This document shows, piece by piece, positions 1 to 10,469 of a stretch of DNA of 64,000 nucleotides (its first letter is position 1; every line of letters starts with the position of its first letter). The position numbers and the translations under genes were made by a program. Source of the DNA: Squalus acanthias (lineage: Eukaryota). Location: positions 91,636,001-91,700,000 of the forward strand of contig CM059428.1 in the NCBI GenBank assembly GCA_030390025.1. Reading direction: 5' to 3'. Under the pieces are notes generated by a model. The model had not been told where the DNA came from. It worked only from the letters and a program-made list of their open reading frames with translations, and did not search any database.

Positions 1-312
1 ATTCACCTAGTTGCTGAACCCGGCACAATCAGCTGGCGTGTTTGTCGCACGACGGGCAACACGCTGAAAATTCTTAAAATGGGAAGAGCCAGTTAAAAAG
101 GGATTATGTGGGCAGTTAACAAGCTGTAAACTGCCTTAAGTGTCTCTCCTGCCGTTTGGTGTCGGGTCTGATCGGGACTCGCAGACCCGACACTTTGCAA
201 AGTTGCGTGGAGGCAGGATGGCGGCGGGTTAGCAACCTGCCGTCAATCATTTGGATTTTTACTCCTGCCCCGCCTCCAAACCCGCCCTCTGAGCGCCGGC
301 AAAATCGCGGCC
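1..312. mobile_element. End of a Harbinger-family element or MITE (runs off the window)
   Basis: Ends in AAAATCGCGGCC. Its reverse complement resembles the terminus of the Harbinger at 19241 (GGCC..GA.TTT TIR, shared GCGGGTTTGGAGGCGGG). Confidence 0.6.
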
Positions 313-469
313 AAAGACTTTGCTGTGTTCAGTGCAAGCAGCATTTCTGAAGGTCACGGAGTGAACTGAATTGGCTGGGCAGTGACATCTATGATTACAA
401 AAGTGAGTGGTTATACATGGACCTCCTATGTTAATGTCAGTCTAGATAGATGCTTCAAATCAATCCTCA

Positions 470-559
470 AAAGCAGAAAGTTATTTTTAAAAGATAAATC
501 AGAAGACAACTAAAGCAGAAAGTTATTTTTAAAAGATAAATCAGAAGACAACTAAAGCA
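470..559. repeat. Perfect 42-bp tandem duplication
   Basis: AAAGCAGAAAGTTATTTTTAAAAGATAAATCAGAAGACAACT twice, followed by AAAGCA. Confidence 0.9.
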
Positions 560-831
560 TAGTTCAGGATCTTTATTGTATGTAAAAGTAATTGAGCAAA
601 GCTTGCTTTTTTAATTATTGAAACAGGGAGTAAATTAATAAAATTCAGCTCTGGATTTGACTAAATATGTACAGTTTATGAATAAGTATTTACAAGCTGT
701 GCTAAATGTTTCTGTGGCTAGGTCTGGGCCTTGGTATAAACACTGGACCTGTTTTGCATCAATAAATGGGACATTGTACTTAGAACCTACCAAACACTTT
801 ATATTGTGTTAAGCATCCTACTGTTTCTAGC

Positions 832-1244
832 ATAAATAAAAACAGAAAATGATGTAAATACTCAGCAGGTCACCAGCATCTGTGGAGAGAGAAACAGAGT
901 TAACGTTTCAGGTCTTTATATTGTGGGCGTCGCTGGCATTTATTGCCCATCATGACTTTCTGTGATAGGGCGGAAGGCAGGAGTGATTAAATGACAAAAG
1001 GGATGCCTTCCAGCCTATCACAGACCTTCCCTTTTGTTCTTTCCTCCCCTCCCCCCTTTCCCTGCCTCTGTACTTGCTTAAAATCTGTTACATCTCTAAC
1101 ATTTTCCAGTTCTGATGAAAGGTCACTGACCTGAAACGTTAACTCTGTTTCTCTCTCCACAGATGCTGCCTGACCTGCTGAGTATTTCCAGCATTTTCTG
1201 TTTTTATTTTAGATTTCCAGCATCCGCAGTATTTTGCTTTTGTA
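832..1244 (+). mobile_element. Penelope-like element remnant: inverted partial pLTR plus pLTR, 14-bp TSD
   Basis: ~835-914 is the inverted copy of ~1128-1208. CTACTGTTTCTAGC flanks both sides (818-831, 1245-1258). Contains a hammerhead core. Confidence 0.75.
1108..1144 (+). ncRNA. Minimal type I hammerhead ribozyme motif
   Basis: AGTT-CTGATGA-A-AGGTCACTGACCT-GAAAC-GTT-AACT: intact CUGANGA/GAAA core, stem I AGTT/AACT, stem II AGGTC/GACCT, palindromic stem III AACGTT. Confidence 0.8.
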
Positions 1245-1362
1245 CTACTGTTTCTAGCTACTTGTTTCATTCAAACTTAATTTTTGAAAACTTTTATTTC
1301 ACGATGGATTCTTGTATTCACTGTATTATTGTTATATTCTTTAAAGTCTGCTGTTGAAGATT

Positions 1363-2031
1363 GGCCTGGAGTTTCCGCTAGGGTGCGCTAGTTTTTTCAG
1401 CGCAGTTCGCCCTAAATCAGCCAAAACCAGCGCAAAAGGTTGAAGAATTTCAAATGCAAATTACATCTAGCGCAAATCAAGTTTCCGTGATCTTTTGCGC
1501 TAGTTTAAAAAACATTGTGCTAGAAGCCGGCCACGCCCCCAGATCTAATTAATCACCATGGCGAGTTTCCGCTAATGCAGCCGTTTACGGGCCTTTGAGG
1601 AGGCTCTTAAATTAAGCTTTTTTTTAGGGGCATAGACACTATATTAGACACCTTTGAAAAGCTTTTAAATATTAAACATTTTTAATTTACTAGTAAATGG
1701 TTCTGTATAGTTTTTTTAAGTCATTTTCAGTTATTTAAAATCAGGTTACTCACAGGTGGTGGACTAGACACTCTGATTAAAAATGCTTATTTTTTGTGAT
1801 AAACCCATTTTCTGCTGTATTAATCAAACTGCACCAGGTTATTACTCTTAAATACATCAAGGAATATTTTTTAATGCTAAAAAAACTTTCTAAAACGCTG
1901 CCCAATTGTGCTGATTCATGGGAGATTTTACATTTGGCGATATGTAAATGAGTGAGTGGAAACTTGAGCAAAAAAACGAGTGCAATTAGCGTACAGATTG
2001 CTGATTTCGCCCAAAGTGGAAACTCTACCTC
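1363..2031. mobile_element. Harbinger-type MITE
   Basis: Imperfect TIR GGCCTGGAGTTTCC / GGAAACTCTACCTC, GCGC-rich subtermini, AT-rich core. Confidence 0.6.
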
Positions 2032-2145
2032 ACAGTATTCTGTTGTTTGGGCCTAAGCAAAGCTTATTTTTTTAGGTAGATATTTTAAACTATTTTATTG
2101 CTCAGAAATTACTATTGGTGATGTTAGTAATTAATAAATAGTTAA

Positions 2146-3470
2146 TTTTTTTTATTCGTTTATGGGATGTCGCTGGTAAGACAAGCATTTATTGCCCATC
2201 CCTAATTGCCCTTGAGAAGGTGGTGGTGAGCCGCCTTCATGAACTGCTGCAGTCCCTGTGGTGAAGGTACTCCCACAGTGCTGTTAGGTAGGGAGTTCCA
2301 GGATTTTGACCCAGCGACGATGAAGGAATGGCGATATACTTCTAAGTCAGGATGGTGTGTGACTTGGAGGGGAACTTGGAGGTGGTGGTGTTCCCATGCG
2401 CCTGCTGCCCTTGTCTTTCTAGGTGGAATAGGTCGCGGGTTTGGGAGGTACTGCGGAAGAAGCCTTGGCGAGTTGCTGCAGTGCATCTTGTAGATGGTAC
2501 ACACTGCAGCCAAGGTACGCAGGTGGTGGAGGGAGTGAATGTTAAAGGTGTTGGATGGGGTGCCAATCAAGCAGGTTGCTTTGTCCTGGATGGTGTCGAG
2601 CTTCTTGAGTGTTGCTGGAGCTACACTCGTCCAGGTAAGTGGAGAGTATTCCATCACACTCCTTACTTGTACCTTGTAGATGGTGGAAAAGCTTTGGGGA
2701 GCCAGGAGGTGAGACACTCGCCGCAGAATATTGAGCCTCTGACCTGCTCTTGTTGTCACAATATTTATGTGGCTGGTCCAGTTAAGTTTCTGGTCAATGG
2801 TGACCTGCAGGATGTTGATGGTGGGGGATTCGGTGATGGTAATGCCGTTGAATGTCAAGGGGAGGTGGTTAGACTCTCACTTGTTGGAGATAGTCATTGC
2901 CCGGCACTTCTGTGGCACGAATGTTACCTGCCACTTATCAGCCCAAGCCTGAACGCTGCATGCAGGCATGGACTGCTTCATTATCTGAGGAAATGTGAAT
3001 GGCACTGGACATAGCAGTCATCAGCGAACATCCCCATTTCAGCCCTTATGTTGGAGGGAAGGTCATTGATGAAGCAGCTGAAGATGGTTGGGCCTAGGAC
3101 ACTGCCCTGAGGAACTCCTGCAGCGATGTCCTGGGGCTGTGATGTTTGACCTCCAACCACCACAACCATCTTGCTTTGTGCTAGGTATGACTCCAGCCAG
3201 TGAAGAGTTTTCCCTCCGATTCCCATTGACTTCAGTTTTACTCGGGCTCCTTGATGCCACACTCGGTCAAATGCTGCCTTAATGTCAAGGGCAGTCACTC
3301 TCACCTCACCTCTGGAATTCAGCTCCTTTGTCCAAGTTTGGACCAAGGCTGTAATGAGGTCAGGAGCTGAGTGGTCAGTGAGCAGGTTTTTGGTGATTAA
3401 TTGCTGCTTGATAGCACTGTTGATGACACCTTCCATCACTTTGCTGATGATTGAGAGTAGACTGATTGAG
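2146..3470 (-). mobile_element. 5'-truncated non-LTR retrotransposon (CR1/Jockey-group family A), RT and 3' end
   Basis: ORFs 2981-3493 and 2202-2858 give DIKAAFDRVWH, VPQGSVLGP and MFADD RT motifs; internal deletions. Same family as 28129-30662 and 62060-63835. Confidence 0.9.
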
Positions 3471-4076
3471 CAAGTTTTCCATTTCTGCACCAATGTAATT
3501 TACTATCATATTAATATGATATTCTTGTATCTACAGTACTAGTAATGCAGGCATTAATCCCTTTACTTAGTATGGGTTAATGTCACCACTAAAATAGTAG
3601 ACAAAGGGATTTGCACAAGCATGTAATTCCCCCCCCCCTCCCCCCTCCCGACAGAATATAAAAAGTCAAATAGCACTTAGCTTCTTAAATGCATTCATAT
3701 GGATGCCTAGGGACCATGGGGGGAAAATTAGGTCGCGCCCCATTTGGGGCGCAAATATCGTCTGGACGCAAATATTAGCGCCTGGCGCTAATTATCGCCA
3801 CTGACTGGAAACTTCACTTTTACCGCCCCGGGAGGTGAGTGGAGCGCTAAATGAGGCGCTGCACACCTGTCTTAAGGCGCAAAGGCCGAGCAGTGAGGCG
3901 CTAACTCAGCGCGCGAGCGCAGCGCAGCTGGTGCCAGTTAGCGAGGGAACACAGACACACTGGCGCCGGCCACTTCTTAAAGCGGGGGGGGCCAACTTGC
4001 TCCCCAGCCACACCCTGCTCATTGCAGCCTTGAATCTCGGCCTGGAGAGACCTGTGAATCCATTTTGCTGCCAAGG

Positions 4077-4313
4077 ATGGAGAGGGTGAGAGAACGAGCT
4101 CATCGCTTCACCGAGCGGGCCTTGGATGCTCTGGTTGGCGCGGTGGAGCGCAGAAGATGTATACTCTTCCCTGAGAGTGGCAGGAGGCCTTTGCCACGCG
4201 AGTACAGAAGAGTGTGGAGGGAGGTGGCTCAGAGCGTCTCCTCCAGGAGCATGGTGCCCAGGACCCATACTCAATGCCGCAAAAAGTTCAACGACCTCAC
4301 TCGGGTCGTCAGA
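4077..4313 (+). CDS. Harbinger Myb/SANT-like DNA-binding protein (NAIF1/MSANTD-like), exon 1
   Basis: ATG at 4077; RFTERALDALV...VWREVAQSVSS...RTHTQCRKKFNDL trihelix signature; GTGAGT donor at 4314 (phase 0). Confidence 0.88.
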
Positions 4314-4455
4314 GTGAGTGGCTTTTTCTCAATACCTCTCCATCCCTCCATCTCAACCTCACTCTATGGCCAGAGGGTCTTAAAACCCCAATGCACAACA
4401 CTCATCCAACACCTATGGCCCTTTCATGAAACACACACACACATTCCACACTTTG

Positions 4456-4617
4456 CATACAGTAAGGGCTATTCACCTATGGGAGGCACATCAGGCAAGA
4501 CCATGGCTACATACAGTAAGGGCTATTCACCTATGGGAGGCACATCAGGCAAGACCATGGCTGCATACAGTAAGGGCTATTCACCTATGGGAGGCACATC
4601 AGGCAAGACCATGGCTG
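4456..4617. repeat. 54-bp tandem repeat x3 in Myb intron 1
   Basis: CATACAGTAAGGGCTATTCACCTATGGGAGGCACATCAGGCAAGACCATGGCT(A/G), near-identical copies. Confidence 0.92.
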
Positions 4618-4651
4618 TATATTTACTCAGATGCTGTCCTTTTTCTTACAG

Positions 4652-4814
4652 GCCAAGCTGGCGCATAATCGGAGACAGCAGCAACGGACAGGTGGAGGGC
4701 GGCCTCAGCTGCAACCCCTCAGCGATCTTGAGGAGCGCGTCCACAGGATTGTGGCAAGCCGGGTGATCGGTCCCGTCGCCACTGGAGACGCCGACCCCGT
4801 TCTGGACAGCAATG
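4652..4814 (+). CDS. Harbinger Myb/SANT protein, exon 2
   Basis: TTTTTCTTACAG acceptor; AKLAHNRRQQQRTGGGRP...LSDLEERV (typical TGGG motif); GTAAGG donor, phase 1. Confidence 0.85.
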
Positions 4815-4973
4815 GTAAGGTCATCACCTTTTTGTCCTCTGTCCTTCCACTTGTCCCTCACAACACCAGCCTTTGACACTTTCAATCCAACTTGCTAACT
4901 CGCTGCACTTATTCCTCCCTTACTGCCACCCTGTCCTCACGCTAAAGCCACTCTTGTACCTCCCTGCTTTCAG

Positions 4974-5950
4974 ATGGTGATTCACCAGCTGAGGAGACGG
5001 GCCCTGAAGCTGCCACTGGGAGTGAAGCTGCAGCCGAGGAGGAAGAGGAAGCCGGAGCATCAGTGCCACCCTCTCCCGAGGAAGCCCATGCCCACACTGG
5101 GAACACGCCTTCCCTGGAGGGGAGCAGGGGGGAAGGGTCTGATGAGGGTGAAGCTCCAGGACCCAGCGGGCTGCAGCAACGCCATGGGGGTAGGGAAAAA
5201 CGGGGGCCTTCTCCCCAGAGGGAGAGTAGGCCAGAGACTCCTACTGCAATGGACGCAGAGGAGGAGCGGCTGATCGCAGAAATGAACACCCAGGCGGTGG
5301 GCATGCACACTGAGCTCATGGGTGCAGTGGGAAGGGTGCCCGAATGCATTGAGTCACTGGCAAGGAGTGTGGAGCACTTCGCTGTAGCACAGGCGGATGC
5401 CACACTAACGCTTAGTGCTGCAATTCAGTCACTGGCTGCCGTGATCCCATCTCTGACTGCTCTCATGCAGACTCAGATTGAGGCCACGCGAGCACAGACT
5501 GCTGCCAACCTCGATGGTTCGTTCACATGTCCCCGGGGCTGTCACCGCGCCGCAGCAGGCCAGCAATCTGTTCTCCAGCAGATTGCTCCGGATGCTGAAG
5601 TGCTGCCCCGTGGGAGTGCCAGTGTGTCGGGCGAGCAGGGAGTTGCTGTCCTCTCTCACGATGACAGCATTCCTGCTGCCAACACTGTCACTTCTCCACT
5701 GCACTTGCCACCGCCTGTAGGACAGACTGCTGCCGCCCATGCAGAGTTGGTGCAGTCTGCAGCCGGGCCCTCCAGGCCCAGAAGTGGTCGAGGCCGTCCT
5801 TCAGGGGCATCTGCAGTGTCAGGGTCTGACGAGCAGCAGCCTTCCACCAGCCTTGCTGCAGCCACTGAGGTCCCATTATGGAGGAGCAGTAGGGTTAGAA
5901 GGGGGGAAGTGCGCAAGGGAAGGAGATCACCCTCGAAGGGCAAAAAGTAG
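4974..5950 (+). CDS. Harbinger Myb/SANT protein, exon 3 (spliced product 458 aa)
   Basis: TGCTTTCAG acceptor; the phase-1 join runs in frame into ORF 5063-5950 (acidic tract, coiled-coil-like segment, basic tail). Exons 237+163+977 = 1377 nt. Confidence 0.8.
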
Positions 5951-6260
5951 GAGGTGTGACAAAATGCTGGTCATTTTTTTATTAAAGGTCGAGGTTCATG
6001 GTCCAACTTTTGTTTAGTGTTTTGGACATTATCTCCAGGTTGTGAGAACCAGTTATGTTATTGACTTTTTTTGTGTTTATTTCTATGAGTTTGTCATGAG
6101 GAATTGACACACACAGAGTTTGTAAAATAAATAAGTTTCTGTATTCAAAATATACATGGTTGGTGTTTGGAATTATTGGTGCCTTGGCCGGCTTAGGGGT
6201 TGCGTGCTGGGTTCATTGATGTTGTTAGCAATGGCAGAAGCCATTTCCACAGCAGGGGCC

Positions 6261-7421
6261 CTAGAAGCGGCTTGCTATTAGCCGTTGATGGACGGCCCTT
6301 GCAGTTTCACCATTGTGGGCCGCCCTCCCGCCTTGGTGCTGCTGATGATCATCCTCCTCGTCCTCTTCCTCCTCTTCCTCCTCCTCCTCTGGTGGTGCTC
6401 CAAGGCCTGGTGGCATTGGCTGGGTCCTGAGGATTGCCATGTTATGCAACATGCAGCACACGACTACGAAGTTGGATACTCGCTCAGGCGAGTACTGCAG
6501 GGCTCCTCCAGAATGGTCGAGACAGCGGAACCGTTGCTTCAGCACACCGATTGTGCGCTCAATTATGTTCCTGGTAACTTGATGGCTCTCATTGTACCGC
6601 AGCTCAGCAGGGGTGTTGGGCGTACGGAGCGGTGTCATCAGCCAGGTGCTCAATGCATACCCCTTGTCCCCGAGAAGCCAACCAACTGGCTGATGCGGTG
6701 CCTCGAAAAGTTCTGCCACAGTAGTCTGGCGCAGGATAAAAGCATCGTGGCAGCTGTCAGGATAGTGGGCATTGACAGCGAGTATCAGCTGTCTGTGGTC
6801 ACAGACCAACTGAACATTCAAGGAATGGAACCCCTTTCTGTTCCGGAATTCCTCGGCATTCTCATGCGGAGCACGCAAAGCCACATGCGTGCAGTCAATG
6901 GCGCCCTGCACCATGGGGAAGCCCGCTATCCTCGCAAAGCCCAGAGCGCGGTCACGCTGCTTGTCTGGGGTCATGGGGAAAGAGATGAACTCTCGTCTCC
7001 TTTTGAAGAGGGCATTTGTGACCTGCCGGATGCAGCAATGCACCGCGAACTGGGAGATATTGGCGAGGTCCCCAGCAGCAGCTTGAAATGAGCCAGTAGC
7101 GTAGAAGTTGAGAGCCACTGTGACCTTCACTGCCACCGACAGAGACGTCGTGGACCTCAGTTGAGGCTGCAGATCTGGCTGCAGCAGGTGGCAGAGCTCA
7201 GTGACCACCTCCTTGCTGAATCGCAGCCTTCGCAAACACAGCTCCTCAGACATATGAATGTAGGAGAGCTGTTCACGATATACCCTGGGAGAGTAAGCTC
7301 TCCTGTACATACGCCTGTTGGCCCTCCTCCGTCTGGCCATCATTGCCACTCTCTCTCTGCGTCTCTGTGTCCTCCGATTCAGCTGGAGCAGGACAACGCC
7401 CCCAATCAGTGCAGCCCCCAT
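6261..7421 (-). CDS. Harbinger DDE transposase (HARBI1-like, DDE_Tnp_4), 386 aa
   Basis: First ATG at 7421; motifs ALNFYATG, GAIDCTH, NRKGFHSLNVQ, LLGDKGY, IERTIGVLKQRF, CCMLHN; no stops. Confidence 0.95.
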   Translation of the reverse strand: MGAALIGGVVLLQLNRRTQRRRERVAMMARRRRANRRMYRRAYSPRVYREQLSYIHMSEELCLRRLRFSKEVVTELCHLLQPDLQPQLRSTTSLSVAVKVTVALNFYATGSFQAAAGDLANISQFAVHCCIRQVTNALFKRRREFISFPMTPDKQRDRALGFARIAGFPMVQGAIDCTHVALRAPHENAEEFRNRKGFHSLNVQLVCDHRQLILAVNAHYPDSCHDAFILRQTTVAELFEAPHQPVGWLLGDKGYALSTWLMTPLRTPNTPAELRYNESHQVTRNIIERTIGVLKQRFRCLDHSGGALQYSPERVSNFVVVCCMLHNMAILRTQPMPPGLGAPPEEEEEEEEEDEEDDHQQHQGGRAAHNGETARAVHQRLIASRF

Positions 7422-7615
7422 AGTCTCTTTGCAAGCAAAGTAATGAAGGACAGCAACTAAAGTACTAGCGAAGTTAGGATCAGTAGGCAAAACTACCTCA
7501 CAAAGCGTTGAGTCAATGCAGAAGTCTCTCTTTCTCTCTCTCCGAATCTCTCTCTCTCTCTCAGAACGAGTGGTGCAAAAATGTCAACCACAGAAAAAGA
7601 CAGGAAGAGGCCCCC

Positions 7616-7755
7616 TTTAAATAGCGCCCAGCCCCACAGCGATTGATAGCGTTCCAGTCTTCCGGTCGTTGGATGCGCCAGGCGGTATGGCAGGGGGCGC
7701 CACTCAATTTCCGCTCCGGGGCGCCACAAGGGCGTTGCACCATGGAATGACGTCA
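7616..7755 (-). promoter_or_regulatory. Putative transposase promoter (TATTTAAA box and CRE TGACGTCA)
   Basis: TATTTAAA at 7616-7623 (-) and TGACGTCA at 7748-7755 upstream of the ATG. The TATA-like box is conserved in the 58458 derivative. Confidence 0.45.
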
Positions 7756-8716
7756 CAATCTGCGCGCGCAGGTGGTCGCAGCGGTAAAGTTTAGCGCCGC
7801 CGCACAATCTCTAGTTAAGTTCCCGAGCGGTGCAAACATCGCTGCGCCCGGGCGTTAGCGGCTTTGCGCCCCATTAGCGCCCTCTTAAGGCGCTAACAGG
7901 AGGCGCAACCAACTGAATTTTTACCCCCAAATATTTAAGCTGTTTGGGAAGGTACAGTAATTGACCCCACCTACTAGTTCAAAAATAACCAGGCTCTCCT
8001 AGCATTCCCAGCAATAGTTGAGGAGCGAACTATAACTCTTAGTTCTCAAAAGTTTGATTGCTGCCAAATAACTCTGGCTGGAAAATGGTCAGATTTGATT
8101 TTATCCTAATCATCCCAAGTCCTTTATTAATTAAATAGCCTGGCTCACGTATCAAGAATGACCACTTGTGCAAGCTACTAGAAGTCTGTCAGAACTTGTT
8201 ACCCAGCACAAGATACCAACTTTAAAAATGGGAGATGATGATGGGGGATAAAAAGGCAGCTGGGTTCGGATGCGCATAAGTTTCCCATGGAATTTGGAAT
8301 GTTCCAAGGTGAAAATGGTAACAATAGGTGCCAGATACGATTGCTCGTCCTGAGTCCAGATAGTATGGATCCTCCATCACCCTGCCTTTGCCCATACTTA
8401 AAACTTCCTTCTGTCTCCATACTGGTAGTGTGGACTTTAGATTGGAAAGTGTGCACGCATTGTTTGCAGCTGTATCCTTGTTAAAATAAAGTCCTCGTAT
8501 CTCTGCAGGTACACTTCAAATTGAAGAAATAGAATTGAAATTCAGTTGGACTGATCCTAATCATGAGAAGTAATGGTACCAAGATAACAAGCATTACACT
8601 TTTGGGACATTTAGGAGGAAAGTGTTGGTTGGAACTTCACTTTGAGCAGAAAGGACACCCTTCGATTGAAAACTACCCAAGTCCCTTATTAATTAAAACT
8701 GTTTCATTTTTTTCAG

Positions 8717-8833
8717 ATTAGCGGAAAGGAGATTCCACACAATCCCAAAATCCCCGTGTGGCTTCAGTGGTATGCAGTGCTGCATTTTATCTTCATTCTG
8801 GGTGTTTACATGAACTTACTTACCAATAAGTCC
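8717..8833 (+). CDS. AGMO: Alkylglycerol monooxygenase exon (ISGKEIPHNPKIPVWLQWYAVLHFIFILGVYMNLLTNKS)
   Basis: TTTTTTCAG acceptor, GTAAGT donor, 117 nt phase 0/0; matches recalled human AGMO segment VTGKEVP...YTVVQFALML. Confidence 0.85.
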
Positions 8834-9000
8834 GTAAGTATTTGTGCTTTAATGTAATACTGTTCTTTGTTCACTTTAAGGAACACAAAGCTCTAGATCA
8901 GTTCATGATTAGGGTCAATGGAACCCCAAAAAATAGTTGTACCGACCAATGTTTGGAAATAGATCTGAAAATGGTTGTCGAGCTGACTTTCAAAGATTAA

Positions 9001-9569
9001 GGGGCTGAATTTCCTGGCATTTACTCTCTGGGAATGCCCATTCCCTGAACACTAAGGTCAGGAGAAATCGGTTGAAGACCTGTGATCGTGGGTGTCTGTC
9101 CTCTTTATGTGGTCCTAGGATTTCTGGCGCTTTTTGAAATAGATAGACCTGGGCCTGTGCCTCCAATAGGTGCAGGTCCAGCATTGATAGATGAATGGAA
9201 AGTTCCCAACCCTCCCACCTTTGTATCCTGTTATAACGTTCGTGGGGTGCCTGAAGAAGCTGATGGTGGGATCCTCCTCAGGTTGGATGATGTGAGCAAG
9301 CAGAGACAGGCCCAACAGGCTTTTATTTTTCCTGCAGGTTGATTTTTTTTTTCCAAAACAGCAGCCAGGGGCGCTGAGGCCAACTAGCAGGCCCACTTCT
9401 CTTTCTGGCTATATTTCTCAACACAGGGTCCTGCGCTGAGGGTGTAACTGGGCTATGTAAAGGTCAAGCCCGTGTTAATGGCCCAGTAGCTCAGCCTGGA
9501 CAGGCACAGGGCAATTTTTGTCATGTTGCATCTCTCCAGCACCAGAGTAGGGGCAGGAAAATCAGCACC
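9001..9569. mobile_element. Degenerate Harbinger-type MITE
   Basis: GGGGCTGAATTTCCTG ... CAGGAAAATCAGCACC terminal inverted repeat. Confidence 0.45.
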
Positions 9570-10284
9570 AACCATTATTTAAAAGCCGGTCTGGCTGACT
9601 GTCAGACTTACTTTTAACATTATCATTCATCTTTATTATGAGACACATATAGTTTTCATTTATAAAATGTGAGGAACCTAGATAACTGACAGACAGGAAT
9701 AATGAATTACCAGAAAACCACTGATGAATCAGCCAAGATAAATAAAAGCTGTGTAAGCATCAAAATGGGTACCTAGCAGGTATCATCAGGGTCTCAATAA
9801 AGCTAAGAGGAGGTTATCAACATGCCTACTAAATTAGTCACTACAATGACAAGATACTTATTTTAACACACCATGGAATGTTGCCATAGTGCTGACCATT
9901 GAAGAGCTCTGCCAATTATAATGTGCTGGTTTTATGGCTGCTAATTTTCCCTTTTAATATTGAAAATTCCCAACCGTGGAACTTGCATCATGCTTTGATA
10001 ATTGAATGCATCAGTATTGTAGTTTTTTCAGTGAAAAGATGTGTAAGTATAATAAAATTATAATTTTTTCTTCATGGGAAGGATTTTGGGATTGAGTTAT
10101 GTTTAAAGGTTGTGTTTAAAAAGCAAATTAACTTGCGCAAGTTAAGAAAGGCCACAGACTGAAAGCATTGAACATGTGTATTGAAGCCAGACTGGCTGGT
10201 TTGTGGAATTCACAACTACAGGGCCTACTGTCTCATTCCAGTCGCATTAGTTATGATGACCCCCATTCATCAGCAAGAGATGTC

Positions 10285-10469
10285 AGGGTAGAAGTTAGTC
10301 TTGGGCGGTAGCGAAAAACAGGTGTTATCGCATCAGCCGCCTGTTGTACTCCCTGTCCGATATTCATTCCATTGAAGTTAATAGAACTGAATATTGGGCG
10401 CGGCGAGTAAGGGGTGGCCGATACGATGCCGCCCGCTTTATGTTACCGCCCAGGACGAATTCGTACCCC
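10285..10469. mobile_element. 185-bp palindromic Harbinger MITE, TSD GTC
   Basis: AGGGTAGAAGTTAGTCTTGGGCGGTA / TACCGCCCAGGACGAATTCGTACCCC; central TTCCATTGAAGTTAATAGAA quasi-palindrome. Confidence 0.7.

Larger units (their letters stand above)
3718..7927. mobile_element. Full-length, apparently autonomous PIF/Harbinger DNA transposon
   Basis: 16-bp imperfect TIRs GGGGGGAAAATTAGGT / ACTGAATTTTTACCCC, 3-bp flanks CAT/CAA, GGCGC-motif subtermini, convergent Myb/SANT and DDE transposase genes, both open. Confidence 0.93.

Noticed and set aside
4456-4617. CRISPR-like array
   Set aside because: No spacers, head-to-tail units, eukaryotic context.
4065-4766. 233-aa ORF as a standalone protein with YSKGYSPMGGTSGKTMA repeats
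   Set aside because: It is exon 1 read through into intron 1; the peptide repeat is the 54-bp minisatellite.
6285-7091. 268-aa + strand ORF
   Set aside because: Antisense shadow of the transposase with no recognisable domain.
6261-7490. Domesticated HARBI1 gene, or a start at 7490
   Set aside because: Flanked by TIRs with a linked Myb gene and a related derivative; 7490 is a TTG and the first ATG is at 7421.
10031-10042. Micro-exon (TTTCAG...GTAAGT) between AGMO exons
   Set aside because: About 11 nt, breaks frame and begins with TGA; the flanking exons already join in phase.
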